A stretch of 64,000 bases of DNA, from assembly GCF_009914755.1 (NCBI RefSeq), contig NC_060931.1; one strand, written 5' to 3'. The notes beneath the pieces were generated by a model. It was given only the letters and a program-made list of their open reading frames with translations, made no database searches and had not been told where the DNA came from. The translations under genes and the position numbers were made by a program. Positions 16,158 to 31,641 of the stretch are shown in pieces (positions within the stretch are counted from its first letter, which is position 1; the number at the start of each line of letters is the position of its first letter). This DNA comes from the human T2T-CHM13v2.0 reference genome, Homo sapiens.

Positions 16158-18235
16158 GAAACTCTAACCTGGCAGTTTGCTCCATTAGTGATGATGGATC
16201 AAAGGGACATAGTGTATTTCATTAATTCTAAGATAGACATTTTTCACATTTGACATCACTAAAATCAGTGCATTTTACAGTAAATATATTATGGCTTTAG
16301 TAAAGACAGTTTGGAAAAGAAAATTCAGTTTACAGTTGAGGTTTATTACTTCTGGTTCTCTTAGTCCTAGAGCAACTGATTCAACTAGAAACTAAAGTAT
16401 ATTGTTAAATTAGGACCAAATAGTTCCTTCTCTTACAGCTCATCAGATTAAAATTATGATGTGATGCCTGTTTACCTACGTACGCCTTTTCTGATTAGTA
16501 TTTACTTGCCAATTTATAGGCAATGATAAATTTGATGTATTTATCCTCATTAAAAAATCCTTGTAAAAAATTTATTAATTTATTGGGTGTTTCCTCAAGA
16601 TTTTTTTCTATGTTCTTCTTTGTAAACTTTAGGTCTCTGTGTGTCAATGCGTGTGAAATAGTGCAGGGATTTAGTGAAGGCTGCACCATCATTTATCATT
16701 GTTAGACTCACTCTTGTCTGGCAAAGACAGCTGACGAAGAAAAATATTGAAGGCTTGTCTTTTATTGATCTCCACTGGACTTTGACCCTTGCAGAAACTG
16801 GCTATGGCCAGAATGTATGAAGACAACGTCATCTTTTATTATTGATGTTTATTTTAATTTACATCTTGATGTAAAATGGCATCTAGCGAAACTGTATGCT
16901 TCCCATAGTATTATAGAAAACTAGGGTGCAGGGCGAAACAATCCTATTGACAGATGATGTACTTTGATAGATTCTGGCATCAGATTATTAGATTATATCT
17001 TTTCCGGAACCAAATTTGCTTCTGTATAACTTCTGTTTTTGATTTTAAATTTCAGTGTCTTAGTTACACAGTATGACTTCTCTTTCATAGGAGGGCTCTT
17101 CAGTTATTTATCAGACATCTTATTTACACTAGTCTTTTTTCCTTCTAAACATTCCTTCCTCCCTCAGCTTTTCTTCAAATGAAATAGTTTGTTTTGTACA
17201 CCACATCTCTGTATATAATCCTATTTGTGTGCCCTTCCTGGAAAAATGTCTTTAAAAATGATATTTGAAAGAATAGTGGTCCAGTGAAAAGTATAATAGT
17301 ACTTGTACTTTTAGGATTATATGAACTTGTACACATTTTATTTGTATCAGCCTTTCTGTAATCTTTTACTGTCATTTTCTTGTAATCTGAGCTTTTTGGA
17401 ATTAGGACCTACATGTTATTTAACTTTGACTAGATTTCTTAACGTTGTCCTGGCTATGTCTATGAAATAGTTCATTTTGAAAGATTTCTATGGCTAGTGA
17501 ATAGTTGGAGGTTCGTAAAAAGAGGTGAGGCTGAAAGGTCTTTGGGTCCAGTTCTAGAAATGCCTGGAATGCCATGCTAAGAAGTTTGCATTAAAAAGTT
17601 GTTACAGATTTAAACATTTTAGAAAAAGAGTTCTGTAAGGAATATGCAATTTGGGAGCTGAAGGTAGTTAAGTTTTGAATATGTTAATATGCAGAGGGAA
17701 GTTTCCTTTGTCTCATGGGATCAGATTTTGTCTGTCAAACCAACCTGTCTTAAGGGAACTTCTAAAAACAAAATAAAAATTGCCAGCATACCTTGAGTAT
17801 TTATTTTAGTCAAAAACATATGCTTCTATTCAGCAATCTTTTGATGTAGAGTCATGACCTTTTTTTTCTTGAAGTATTGTTCAGAGTTGTCTTTTTCACA
17901 TAACCAAAATGTACTCATTTCCAGTTTCTGTTTCTTTCAAGTGAGAATTTAAAGATACTTGCAAAGCAACGTGAATGAAGAATCCTTCCAGATTGTAACA
18001 TCCTTTTTCCTCCGTACTTAAGAATTATCTCACCTTTTTACCTGTTCAGCGGCATTTTTTAGCAGCTTGCCTTACTTATTTTCTTTCCGTGGCATTCACC
18101 TTAGTTTTCACGAGGAAAACCAAAACAAATTTTTTTTAAAAAACTTTCATCTTGCATGTTTATTTGCATAATATTAGAAGTTTTTTAAAACGTAAAGATG
18201 GAACCGAGGGTAAAGGAAAGAGTAGGTTTATGGAG

Positions 18236-18570
18236 TGTGACAGAGACTGCCAGTTATCCCCCCAATAACCAGTGTCCTTCAGCATCTGTTTTCTGGGCAC
18301 ATGGCCACACAGTTAGTGACTGTATTTCCTAGCCTTTCTTGAAGCAAAATGAGGCCAGAAGACAAGCTTCTGCCTATGAGGATGTGAATGGAACTGATGG
18401 GTACTGGTACCACTTCTGGATTGTGCCCTTAAGGTGAAAGGACACCTCCTCCACTTCCCGTACTTGTTTTCTCCCTCCTGCTGACTGCAGGGTTCATGTA
18501 CAGGTGGGATCATGAACAGATATCTTACATCTGAGGTGGAAGCCATCTCATGAAGATGACAGCACAAAAA
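18236..18570 (+). mobile_element. Old MLT1-type LTR fragment
   Basis: GACTGTATTTCCTAGCCTTTCTTG...TTCTGCCTATGAGGATGTGAATGGAA...CCACTTCTGG. Confidence 0.55.
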
Positions 18571-20678
18571 TATATGTCTTTTATATCTTGTCTAAATATA
18601 CTTTTAAATTATGCTTAGAAACCTGTTACGTATGTTTTAGTAGGATTAGAGTAATTAATTTGGACTATAGCTTAGATGTCAAGTAAAAAAAAGTTATTTT
18701 AATTTATCCTGTACACAGCCTACCTCCTCCTGAGCCCCTATATTCTGATAAGTAGGGAAAAACTAGAGAATGTCCCAAAACTGCAAAATGCTTAAGCCTT
18801 AGTCCTGTCTGATAATTTTAAAAGTCCACTTATATAGTGTTCAGATAAAAATGTTTCATCACTTGCCATGCTCCCCTTCTGCTATGCTCCCCAATTGGTG
18901 TGGGGGACAGCAGGTGGGTGGGAAGGGAGGGAAGAGTGGCTTAAACTCATTGTAGCAGGAATTGTCTGATCGCATAGATGTGATGTTCTGTGCCTCCCTA
19001 GTCTCAGAGGTGATGGCTTCCTGGTATTCCTGGCATCACAAATGAAATATCTGGTGCTATAACTCATAGCTTGCTTGGAGCTTACCTGCTTGAGTTCCCT
19101 CTAAGTGCAGTCCTCAGTCTTTTACTAAGTCTTGGTCGTCTCTCCTACGCTATATTGGTCCATGTAACATCCCAGTGTCTGTCAACTCAGTTACCACACT
19201 GTCTGAAAATTAGAGGTGCCTTGATTGGGAAATATCAACCCCAGAGGCTCTCCTGCCCAAATGTGGTGTGGTCATTTTTAGGGCCCACGTTGATAAGGGG
19301 CCCAACTTGGGAGAAAATGTGGGGAAGGATTGGAGGTAGGGGTTATCAGGAAACTTTGGAGAGTTAAAAGTAATTTGCTTCGACTAGGAGTGAGATTTAT
19401 GTATATGAGTGATGAGATGGGAAGATGGGTAGATGCAAAGGAAATTAAAGATGATTTTATTCAACTTAAATCATAGAGATACCATTTTTTTCTAAATAAA
19501 TCGCATAATTTTGATTTAGTGTAAAAATTTGGAAATTACAGAAACATTCAAGAAGTAAAAACACACTACTCCAGTATAAACACTTTTTTCACTCAGAGAT
19601 CATTGTTCTGAGTTTTAATTTTTTTAAATTTATTTTTTAAACAATATTTCTTCAATGTAATTTTTCCCTTGTACTTGTCTTTTATGAATAAACATATGTA
19701 TATATAGCTCTAAAATACACTATATATGCTTATTTTCCCTCTATGAATAGTTTTTGTATCTTCTGCTGTTTTTTTTTTTTTAGAATATTGGTATTTTTCT
19801 TGTAAGTTCATTATGTATTAAAGAAAACTATAGTTTGATACTCATTAATTATAAATATTTTTTCCTATTCTGTAGTTTGCCTTTATATTTTATTTATGGT
19901 TTTACTTTTTTTCTTCAAGTAGGTTTTGGGGCTTTTTATTTTATTTTATGTGTTATGTTTACATGTTTATATATTTGTTTATATATTTAAGTCTAGCCTG
20001 CTTTTAAAAAATTTGTCAGCGTAAAAGCCAGGCTCTTGGATCGCATAAACCGAACCTGACCATGGCTTAAGGAAGGCAGATGTTTATTTCTCCCATGTCA
20101 CAAATATAAGTTTAAATAGTCTTGAGGTGCTTTACCCCATGTCATTCAGGGATCCAAGTACTAGTAGTCAGTCATTGATTCTTCACTACTGTGCACCTGT
20201 AATAAAAGAAAAAGCTAAAGAAGCAAAAAGTATTATTATTTTCATTAAACCTTGAGCCATAAATATATATCTCTTTAATATTCCATGTGACCAAATGGGA
20301 AATACACTTACAGTACTCCTGTATACCAAAGCATGATGGTTGGTTATCATGAGGGAAAGCAGTTGTATGAATGTTTGAGTTGTGAACTGAACTAGTTCTT
20401 TTCTTGGAAAACCATTTTTAATTGATAGACAAACTATGGTTAGTCCACCTTGGGATTGGCAGAGTTAGCCATTCACTTCAAGGAAAATAGCTAACAGTAT
20501 TTGTTGTCAGCAATAAAATTTGAACTTTCAAGCCAAATAAAATTTTTAAAATAAAAATATTTAAAAACTTGTTCCTGCTACTGGCATCTCGGCGTCTTCA
20601 CAAGACTGAAATCCTTTTCTGAGGAGATTATGAGTAATTTTGAAAAGGAAATTAAAAAATACATATGTGTATATTTAT

Positions 20679-20702
20679 GTGTGTGTGTGTGTGTGTGTGT
20701 GT
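20679..20702. repeat. (GT)n microsatellite
   Basis: Direct reading. Confidence 0.95.
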
Positions 20703-21970
20703 ATAAAAATAATGAAAGACATCAACATTTGGTCCTGCAAAACTTAACCAATTTCCAAATCAAACATGGGTTAAAGATTCATTCCAAGTACAAGATAGAC
20801 CGATGGATTTAATGTACAGGCATACCTTGTATTATTGTTCTTCACTTGATTGTACTTTGCAGATACTGCCTTTTTTTTTTTTTTTTTAACAAATTGAAGG
20901 TTTGTGGCCACCCTGCATCCAGCAAGTCTGTCAACACCATTTTTCTAATATGTGTGCTCATTTTGTATCTCTGTGTCACATTTTGGTAGTTCTTACAATA
21001 TTTCAAATGTGATCTGGGATCAGTGATCTTTGATGTTACTATTCTAATTGTTTTAGAGTGCCATAAACTCTGCCCACATAAGACAAAGAACTTAATAAAT
21101 ATATGTGTTCTCATTGCTTCACTGGACTGGCTGTTCTCTCATATCTCTACCTCTCCTCAAACCTCCCTATTTCCTGAGACACAGGAATATTGAAATTAGG
21201 CTTATTACTAACCCTGCAGAGTGGCCTCTAAGTGTTCAAAGGAAAGGAAGAGTCACAAGTCTCTCAGTTTAAGTCAAAAGCTAGAAATGATTAAGCTTAG
21301 TGAGGAAGTCATGTCCAAAGATAGGCTAAATGCTAGTGCTGTTGCACCTGAGATAGGCTGAATGCTAGTCCTCTTGCACCAAACATTTAGCCAAGTTGTG
21401 AATGTAAAGGAAAAGTTCTTGAAGGAAATTAAAAGTGCTACTGCAATGGACACACGAATGATAAAGTGAAACAGCCTTATTGCTGACATGGAGAAAGTTT
21501 TAGTGGTCTGGATAGAAAATCAAACTAGCCACAACATTCCCTTAAGCCAAAGCCTAAGCCGTATCTAGGCCCTACCTCTTCCGTTCCGTGAAGGTTGAGA
21601 GAAGTGAGGAAGCTGCAGGTTCAGGAGCTTGAAGGAAAGAAGCCATCTCCATAAAATAAAAGTGCAAGGTAAAGCAGCAAGTGCTGATGTAGAAGCAGCA
21701 GCAGGTTATCCGGAAGATCTAGCTAAGATCGTTGATGAAGATGACTACACTAAACAACAGATTTTCAATGTAGGCAAAACAGCCTTCTATTTGAAGAAAG
21801 TCTCATCTAGGACATTCATAGCTAGAGAGGAAAAGTCAGTGCCTGGCTTCAGAGCTACAAAGGACAGACTTACTCTCTTGTTAGGGGCTAATGCAGCTGG
21901 TGACTGCTGAAGTCAGTGCTCATTTAGCATTCTGTATATCCTAGAGCCCTTAAGAATTATACTAACTCTT

Positions 21971-22643
<673 letters not shown>

Positions 22644-22794
22644 AGCGTATCTTTTTAGAGCGTGGTTTTCCTAATATCTTAAGCCCAGTGTTAAGACCTT
22701 ACTGCACATATATAAAGATTCTTTTCAATATATTTCTGCTCTTTCACAATGCACCGCATTATCCAAGAGCACTGATGGAGAGGTACAAGGAATT

Positions 22795-23087
22795 TGTTGT
22801 TGTTGCTGTTTTTAGAGACAAGATCTTGCTCTGTTACCAGGATGGAGTGCTGTGGCATGGTCATAGTTTACTGCAGCCTTTGACTCCTGAGCTCAGGTGA
22901 TTCTCCCTCCATAGCCTCCCATGTAGCTAGGACTACAAAATGCCTGGCCAGTGTTTTTTATTCTTATTTTTTGTAGAGTTGGGGGTCTTGTAATGTTGTC
23001 CAGATTGGTCTTGTACTCATGGCCTGAAGCTATTCTCCTGACTTGGCCTCCCAAGGGGATTATAGGTTTGAGCCACTGTGCCCAGCC
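22795..23087 (-). mobile_element. Alu (AluJ-like)
   Basis: Diverged antisense Alu. Confidence 0.85.
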
Positions 23088-24556
23088 TAATGTTGTTTTT
23101 ACGCCTTCTAACACAGTATTTGTTCTGCAGCTTATGATCAGGAAGTAATTTCAACTTTCATGTGTTATTATGTGAGAAACACATTTTGTGAGGCTATAGC
23201 TGCCATTAGATAGTGATTCCTTTAATAGATCTGAGTAAAGTAAATTGAAAACCTTCTGAAAAGGATTAATCATTCTAGATGCCATGAAAAACATTTGTGA
23301 TTCATGGGAAGAGACCAGAATATTAACATTAACAGGCATTTGAAAGAATGCCTGGGTTGATTCTAACCCTCATGAATGACTTTGAGGGGTTTGGGACTTC
23401 AGTAGAGGAAGAAGCTGCAGATGTGGTGGAAATAACAAGAGAACTAGAATTAGAAGTGGAGCCTGAAGATGTGAATGCAATATCATGATAAAACTTTAAG
23501 GAAAGAGGAATTGCTTCTTGTAGATGAACAAAGAAAATGGTTTCTTGAGATGGAGTCTTTTCCTGGTGAAGATGCTGTGAACATTGTTGAAATGACAACA
23601 AAGGATTTAGAATCTTAAATAAACTTAGTTGATAAAGCAGTGGCAGGGTTTTAGAGGATTGGATCCAATTTTGAAAGAAGTTCTGCTGCGGGTAAAGTGT
23701 TACTCAAAGAGCATCACATGCTGCAGAAAAATCTTTCTTGAAAGGTAGAGTCAGTCAGTGCAGCAGACTTCATTATTGTATTTTAAGAAATTGCCACAGC
23801 CACCCTCAACTTTCACCAACACTACCCTGATCAGTTGGCAGCCATCACCATGGAGGCAGGACCCTTCTCCAGCAGAAGATGATGACTCGCTGAAGGGTCA
23901 GATGATTGTTAACATTTTTTAGTAATAAAGTATTTTTTATTAAGGTATGTACATTTTTTAGACATCATGCTATTGCATAGTTAATATAGACTATGGTAGA
24001 GTGTGAACATAATTGTTATATGCACTGGGAAACCAAAAAATTGATATGAATTGATTTATTGCAATATTCTCTTTACTGCAGTGGTTTTGAATAGAACCCG
24101 TAATATCTCTGAGGTATACCTGTACAAAAATAAGAAAACTTCATAGAAATCGTTTCAGATTCTACACTGTAATCAAACTTTAAGAAGTTACCACTTCTCA
24201 AATTACGATGTAGAATAAGACTATCCATAATTATACTTAAATGTTATTGAATGATCCACCCTTTTCTAACTAAAGTATGTGAAAATGGATTTTCTTCTTA
24301 TATTTCAACAAAAGTGTAATGTATTACAGTATATTAAATGCAGGAATAGATATGAGAATCCAGCTGCCTTTTATTGTGCTATTTGTAGAAATGCAAAACA
24401 GTGCTACTTGTCTTACTATTTTGGGGAGGGAAGGGAAAATATAATTATTCCATTAAAATAGTGTATTCCTTTTTAATAACTAGTTAGCAACTTAATGACT
24501 GTGTTATGATAACTAATCAAGAAAAAAGGAGGTGACCTTTTTCTTCTTTTTCTTCT

Positions 24557-24746
24557 TAGTGGCTCTCCATCTTTAGCATGCATCAGAATCACTTGGAGGA
24601 ATTGTTAAAACACAGATTACTGGACGCCTCACCTCCAGAGTTTCTTTCTGATTCAGTAAACGCTGGATGGGGCCTGAGATGTCCATTTCTAACCAAATCC
24701 TCAGGTCATGCAGATACTGCCATCATAGCTTCAGAACCACTGTTCT
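24557..24746. mobile_element. MER5A (hAT MITE)
   Basis: GCATCAGAATCACTTGGAGG...GGGGCCTGAGA...CATTTCTAAC...AGAACCACTG. Confidence 0.8.
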
Positions 24747-25636
24747 ACGTATTTCTTTGGCTTATTAGGCAAACTTGTTTTACCTGCCATTTGGGAAGGA
24801 AAAATACTAGAATTTTAAAAAGACATGTAGTTGAGGTATAAAGATGCTGGAAGTGTAGTATCCTTAGTTGCCAGAAATTTGGGAATTAATTAAAAATTAA
24901 GCAGAACAGTTTGTCAGAAATTATTCAGTGTCTGAGACTTTCCCCTACGTACAAGCTAACAATTTACCATATCACCATTTCATAAATACTGTGAAAAGAC
25001 CTGAAATTCCTGGGTTAGAGACAAAAAGTTACTTTAATACAGCAGTTATGCCAGAGAATCAGCACTGGTGGTGATTTACCCAGTCCATAAGGGCAGCCTG
25101 AACAGTGCCAGGTGATAGGTGCACAAGAAGTGGGTTATGTTATAGTAGAGGAACCCTGACCTTAGGGATCACAATTTTTTAAAAATAAGTCAGTGTCTGA
25201 CCTCTGTCCCAGAGGATATATTACCTTTATTATACTGGACAGTAAACCTATTTTTTGCCGTAGAAGGAGACATTATCTGTATCTTCTTGTCTCTGCAAAT
25301 ATCCTTGAAAAGATAGGAATAGGTAGTCTGTGACTCCGCTCACAAATGTGAGAGAGGCCCATGAAGAATTGCAGCTTGGCATAGGAAATGTTGAAAAAGT
25401 TTGTATATGTTAATTATTTGCCAGTCCTTAATAGAAAACAGCTTAGCAAAAACATGAGCGCAATTAGACTTGAGCTTTAGACAAAGCAGTATATGATTTC
25501 CTGATGAAGAAAAACATCCTCTTCCTGTGTGGTTCTAAATTATTTTCATAAATGTGTATGTATAATTGTCATAGGAAGTAAAATTTCTTACCCTTATAGG
25601 TCTTACATGAACTATAAAACAGAACATTCTTATAAA

Positions 25637-25660
25637 GTGTGTGTGTGTGTGTGTGTGTGT
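25637..25660. repeat. (GT)n microsatellite
   Basis: Direct reading. Confidence 0.95.
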
Positions 25661-27074
25661 ATATAAAGTGTAAATGTGAAGTTAGTATAAGAAGTAATGG
25701 TATGTTAGCCACAATAAATTGCACTTGCGATATGATTCTTTTGATTTGGCATACCTCTTCTGCAAAGGGCTGTATAATGTCAAATTTTCCCACATCTTTT
25801 TCTACCTAAAATTCTGTAGCTTTCTTTTGTGCAGCATGCAGTGTTTATTTGGCCTTCACTTGGTACAGATGCCTCATTAACCTCCTTTGTTTTTCCCTCA
25901 TTAGCTCAAGATAATTAAAGTATTACTACTTGGCACAGGGGTAGTCAAGACTCTTTGGGTCAGTGTGACAGAAAGCAGCCTCATACCTGGCTCTCATAGC
26001 TGGGAAATCAAGGTGGATTTGTCTGCAGTTACGACTAGAGTGATATATTTCCTGCTTGGCCCAGGTCAGTCCAGTTGAGCTTGTGTCCACTTTAACTCTC
26101 AAAAGTCCCTACTTTGAAGATAAATTATATGTTCTCCTGACTGGGCTTCATGTAAAGGTTCAAACAGTACTGTCAGGCCTCTCATGTCCTGGTCTTCATT
26201 CAGTGATGCTCTCCTAGGTTTTGGCCCATCCTTTAAGGGCATCCTCCATTATGTGATCATTGAAAATGGCTTTTGTGGGCCAGATTTCACATACCTTTTC
26301 AGTGCTGTAATCTTTCTTGATAGCTTTCATATAAAAGGGAAGGGAAAGACCAGCTCATTCCTTTGTGGGAGGAAAAAAAAATCACTGTATCTTAAGTGAT
26401 TGTTTTGTAAGTTTTTATATATATATATTACATGTATATATCTTATATTGTAAAATTTTTGTTTGCTGGTTTATCTATAAGCATAAGGAATTTTATTCCC
26501 AATGACACCACTCTCATGGGCCACTTGGAAACACATGACACTTCTTCTTTGACCAGTTGGGTGACTGACAGTCAAACCAGATAGAGTGGTAGATGGAAAG
26601 GTCCCTCCAGCACAACATTTAACATTTGCTTAAGTATCTTAGGGACTTATAAACACAAACTCAAATATAGACCTTGAAACTGTATGACACCCTTCAAACA
26701 TATGGTGTGATTAGAGTGACTTAGAGTTTATCACTATACAAATAAAAACACTGTATTAAAATGTTTTGCAGAAAACGTACACCTGAAAATATGCCTGTGG
26801 CCTCTGGTCCTCCACCCTTCCTCATCGAGTGGGTGTGTAGATTCAAATTTTAGAAACATTTTGTCTGTCAGTTCAGTTAGCCGAATGGTCTATTTGACGG
26901 GCATCTCAGAAAAGAGCTTCCAGTGCTGCACACGATTCTTTCTTTTGTCCTGCCTTTCTAGGGTAGCTTTGTGTGTGCATTCATTCATTTTTTTAAAACC
27001 ACATAAATGTATTCTTTCATGCTTCTGCAGCTAAATGTTCAAAATCAAAGTGACAGTGGGGTTGCCTCCTTTGA

Positions 27075-27660
27075 TACATAAAAATTATATATATTTACAG
27101 TATACAAGCTGATGTTTTACTGTATGGGTACGTAAATAATTAAGTCAGGCTAATTAACGTATCCATCATCTTGCATACATACCATTTTTTGTGGTGAAAA
27201 CATTTAAGATCTACTCTGTTAGTAGTTTTCAAGTATACAATATGTTGTTATTAACTGTTGTCACCATGATGTACAGTGGATCTCTACAACTTATTCATCG
27301 TAACTAAAACTTGGTACCCTTTGACCCACATCTCCCTCCCTCCCCTTCAGGTTCCCCAGCTAATCCTCCTGGTAATCACAGTTCTATGCTGTTTCTATGA
27401 GTCTGACTTTTTTTAGATTCTACATGTACTATACAAGTTAGATTATGTGGTATTTGCCCAGGTTTATCCATACTATCACGAATGACAGGATTTCCTTTTT
27501 AAGGCTGAATAATATTTCATTGTGTATATATACACAACATTTTCTTCATTCATCTCTTGACAGATAATTTAGATTGATTGCATAAGTTGGCTATTGTGAA
27601 TAATGCTGCAGTGAACATATCTCATCAATATACTGATTTCATTTCCTTTGTGTGCATACA
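27075..27660 (-). mobile_element. L1MA 3' fragment
   Basis: AAAACATTTAAGATCTACTCT...TTTTAAGGCTGAATAATATTTCATTGTGTATATATAC. Confidence 0.8.
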
Positions 27661-27914
27661 TTCTTGCTCATTGTAATAGTATGATACCTATCTCAGAAGT
27701 GAATGGCTCAGGGGATAGTTTTATATGGAGTTAAGATTGGGGAAAGTGGGTCATTTTGAAGCTGTGGATTTTGGATTTGAACGTTTACAGTCATTATTAA
27801 ATTCTTCTTATATTCCAGAATGTCAGATATCTCCCATGTATGTGTAAATATTTATTTAAATATAAGTTCAGAGCTTCTTAGAACTAAATGGAAAAGATTT
27901 TAGATAATTACCTT

Positions 27915-28595
27915 TGTTGGGGAATGATAATTAAAAACAAAATCTCCCAACCCAGGAATCCTCTTTACAAAAATAGCACAGAAAGAAAATATTTTCATTA
28001 TTAAATAAGCATTAAACCAGATTGTGATGTACATCTAAGAGATTGAAAAGACAAAAGACCCTCACCCCTTTATACATTACAGCCTATTCAACCCATTACA
28101 TGCATGTTCACGTGACAAACAGTAAGTCCTCAAGTAAGAAGACTTCAAAGCACCTTTGTCACACATAGCTTACCCTACCTTTACTGTGGTAATTGGGATG
28201 ACCATCATGTTAGCTAATTGGCCTCATTCATAGGAGAAAAAGAAACTTCTATCTTTAGGACAGAAGTTAGTTTTACATCTTGGAGCAAGGTGCCCATGAA
28301 GTCAAGTTCCTACCCTGCCACAGAAACTGGGAGACAGGATGCTATCTCCCTTGATATTTACATTTCAAAGAGATGGCTCCCAGGTCCTTGAGAAAGACAT
28401 TCCTGAGTCATAAAGCTGGCAGAAGGCCTATTTTGTTTTCAAAAGAATATATTATATACATTTCAAAGAAAGAGAAACGTATTTCCAATTATAATTTTTC
28501 TAAAGTAAATGCTGTAAGAAAAAGGGAGGGAAATGTTTTTCATTTCAACAGGGAGAATTGAACGTTTTATTTTTAATTTATATTTGCCCTTGCAC
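27915..28595 (-). mobile_element. ERV1-class solo LTR (family uncertain)
   Basis: TGTTGGGG start; AAAGAGATGGCTCCCAGGTCCTTGAGAAAGACATTCCTG motif typical of MER4-group LTRs. Confidence 0.55.
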
Positions 28596-29416
28596 CCCTA
28601 CTTTATCTACTTCTGTCTTAAATATAAGGACCTTGATCTTATTAATCTTACAGTAGCATTATAATAAAGAGAAAGGATTTTAAATGCATTTATAATTTAG
28701 TTTTAGTTCATTGTAGTTTAGTTTTATTCAGTGTTAACATTTTAAATCAGTAAATTCAACATAAAAATTAAGATTTCTTAAAAGGAGAGTAGAGGTATGA
28801 GGACTTCAGCATAAGATAATTTGGCTAAATCCCCATGTTGTAGCTGAACAGCCTGTGATGTTGGACACCCTCCATCCTTGAAGCCAGGAAATAAATGATA
28901 TAAATGTGACCCTAAGCAAAAGTTGACCAAAGGATTTTTTTCTTTGAAAGAAAAAAAAAAAGATACTTGTTTTCTGAGGTCAGAAGTGTTTTTTTGTTTT
29001 AAACTTTACCAGCAGATAAAACTAAAATTTCCTATGCTACCCCCAACCAAATCAGAGGCAGACACTGTTTGACTATCACATTGATAGCGATAAATTACAT
29101 AACTCTCTTAAAGGAATTAGAATCTAGCAAAGGGTTACCTTATATCTTGATTTGTTTTTATTTTTTCTCCCTTCCTCCCACCGTCTTGACTTGATGCATT
29201 TCCCTTTCCTGGATCCTACCGGTAGGCTGCTGTATGTTTGAGACCCCAAAATGCCTGTGAGTTCTCTCTCCGGTGTTAATGTGATGGTGCTCCTTTGTCC
29301 TCAGCACAGTCTTATTTGCTGGGCTCCATATTTGCTGTCAGAGATGCAGTTTTTCGTTAGCCACTTCCTCCTTAAAGGAGACCAGTGGGCGGAGGGGGAG
29401 GACTCCTCTGTGTGCC

Positions 29417-30112
29417 TGTTACCAGTAGCGAATCTGATGCATCTGCAGCAACCTCAATTCTTACCTCCTCAGAAGAAAGAATTCGGCCGAGGGGCATAAG
29501 GTAGGGAGACCGAGAAGTTTTAGAGGAGTGAAAATTTATTAAAAAGTTTTAGAGCAGGAACAGAAGGAAGGAACGCGCACCTGGAAGAGGGCCAAGCTGG
29601 TGACTCGAACGGTTATTGTGCAGTTTGGCCTTTTGACTTGAGGTTTTATACATTGGTACGTCCAGGGTCTTGTGTCCCTTCTCCCCTGATTCTTCCCTTG
29701 GGGTGGGCTGTTCACATGCGCAGTGGCCTGCTAGCGCTTGGGAGAGGAGCCTGTGCAGTGTGCTTACTGGAGTTGTGCCCATACTCACTTGAGGCATTCT
29801 TCCCTTACCAGTCTAGCATTCCTAGAGGAAGGTCATATACCAGTTAAACTCCACCATTTTGCCTCTTAATGTGCATGCTTGAGCTCACTCACCCATCTCT
29901 TCAGATCTTATTGGGAAGCTGCTGATCACCAGTTGCAGGTTTTTTTCTATCTATATGGAGACTGCCTTTCCCTTTCACTGGCTGTGACCAATTACTATTT
30001 TAGAGAAACATTTAACAACCTCCTGTCCATCACCTGATGGTCACCTGACATTCCTGGTCAGGTGGAACCCTCTCCTGCCCTGCTCATGCCTGACTAGCTA
30101 CCTACTATAACA
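29417..30112 (-). mobile_element. ERV1 solo LTR (MER50-like)
   Basis: TGTTA...TAACA termini; CCCTCTCCTGCCCTGCTCATGCCTGACTAGCTACCTACT near the end. Confidence 0.75.
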
Positions 30113-30493
30113 TCACAACTTTGGCTTTATCGCCACTGGCCAACCATAACCATTGCACACACATTCTCAGCCCTCTGGGAGTCACATTCTTCCCTCTAAA
30201 CTCTCATTCACTCCACAGTGATTAGTTGACTGATAGTTCCTGTGCGGGCCACTTAGTCACCTTGACCAGCCAGGTTTCGTGACTGCAAATGGTCACGCAC
30301 TTTGATCTTTCTTGACTGACACATGTTACATATTTCTCTTTTCTTCTTGAAGTTGCTCTTGGTAGATGGGAGCACTTTTCATCCCATCCTGGATTTAAGT
30401 GAAAAGTAACAGCAACTTGGCTGAGTACTACTGGAAAAAATTTACCCCCCAACCCCATTTTTTTCTTTACAATATTGTTTCCTGCTGAAGCCA

Positions 30494-31028
30494 TGTTCAC
30501 AGGGTTAAAAAGAATTCTAGACAGAAATATAGCTATAATTAAGCATTATTCAGTCTGTGCTTTGACCCACTTCCTTGTAACTGAAAGTCACATAACACTG
30601 GATACTGACCATTTGCATCCTGGTTGTTCCTATAGATAGTATTTCTGGCCTTAGATTGGATCTCTGGTGTTAGAATCATGAGGCTTTTGTTTAAGAATTG
30701 TTTAAGTAGATCCTGAATTCCAATTTAACAGCTGAGGCCATCCAGTTTAAAGACCCTCACAGAAGAACCGAATCAGCCTAAGAATAGTTTCTTCATTTCC
30801 CTGTCCTATGGCTTTACCCTGCATTCGTTGACCGTTCAATCTGTACACTTCAACCCACTCCAAAACCCCTAAAAACGCTAGCCCCAAACTCCTCAGGCAG
30901 ATAGATTTGCGGTTTCCTCTATCTCTGTTCGGTGGCCCTACTACGATTAAACTTCTTTCTCTGCTGCAGCCCAGGGTCTCAGCATATTGACTTGGCATGC
31001 ACATCAGGCAACGATGTGCAGCGTTACA
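30494..31028 (+). mobile_element. ERV1-class solo LTR (MER4/MER41-group-like)
   Basis: TGT...TTACA termini; ATTAAACTCTTTCTCTGCTGCA poly(A)-signal region. Confidence 0.6.
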
Positions 31029-31221
31029 CTCCCAGCCTCCCAGAAGTGACTGTGCTGCCTGAGATTTGTAGAGAACAACTATTTACTCTTTCCTGTATGC
31101 TATATGGAGAAACTACCAGTGTTCAGAATGTTGAAACCCTAACCACGTGGCATTTGTAATTTTCCTCTTAGGAGACTCTGTATGGAATTGAGAGTTGAAA
31201 ACTAATTATGTAAATTGCTAA

Positions 31222-31641
<420 letters not shown>

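Noticed and set aside
21629-21910. Transposase ORF as a domesticated TIGD-like gene
   Set aside because: Fragment of a decayed Tigger1 with stops, frameshifts and Alu interruptions.
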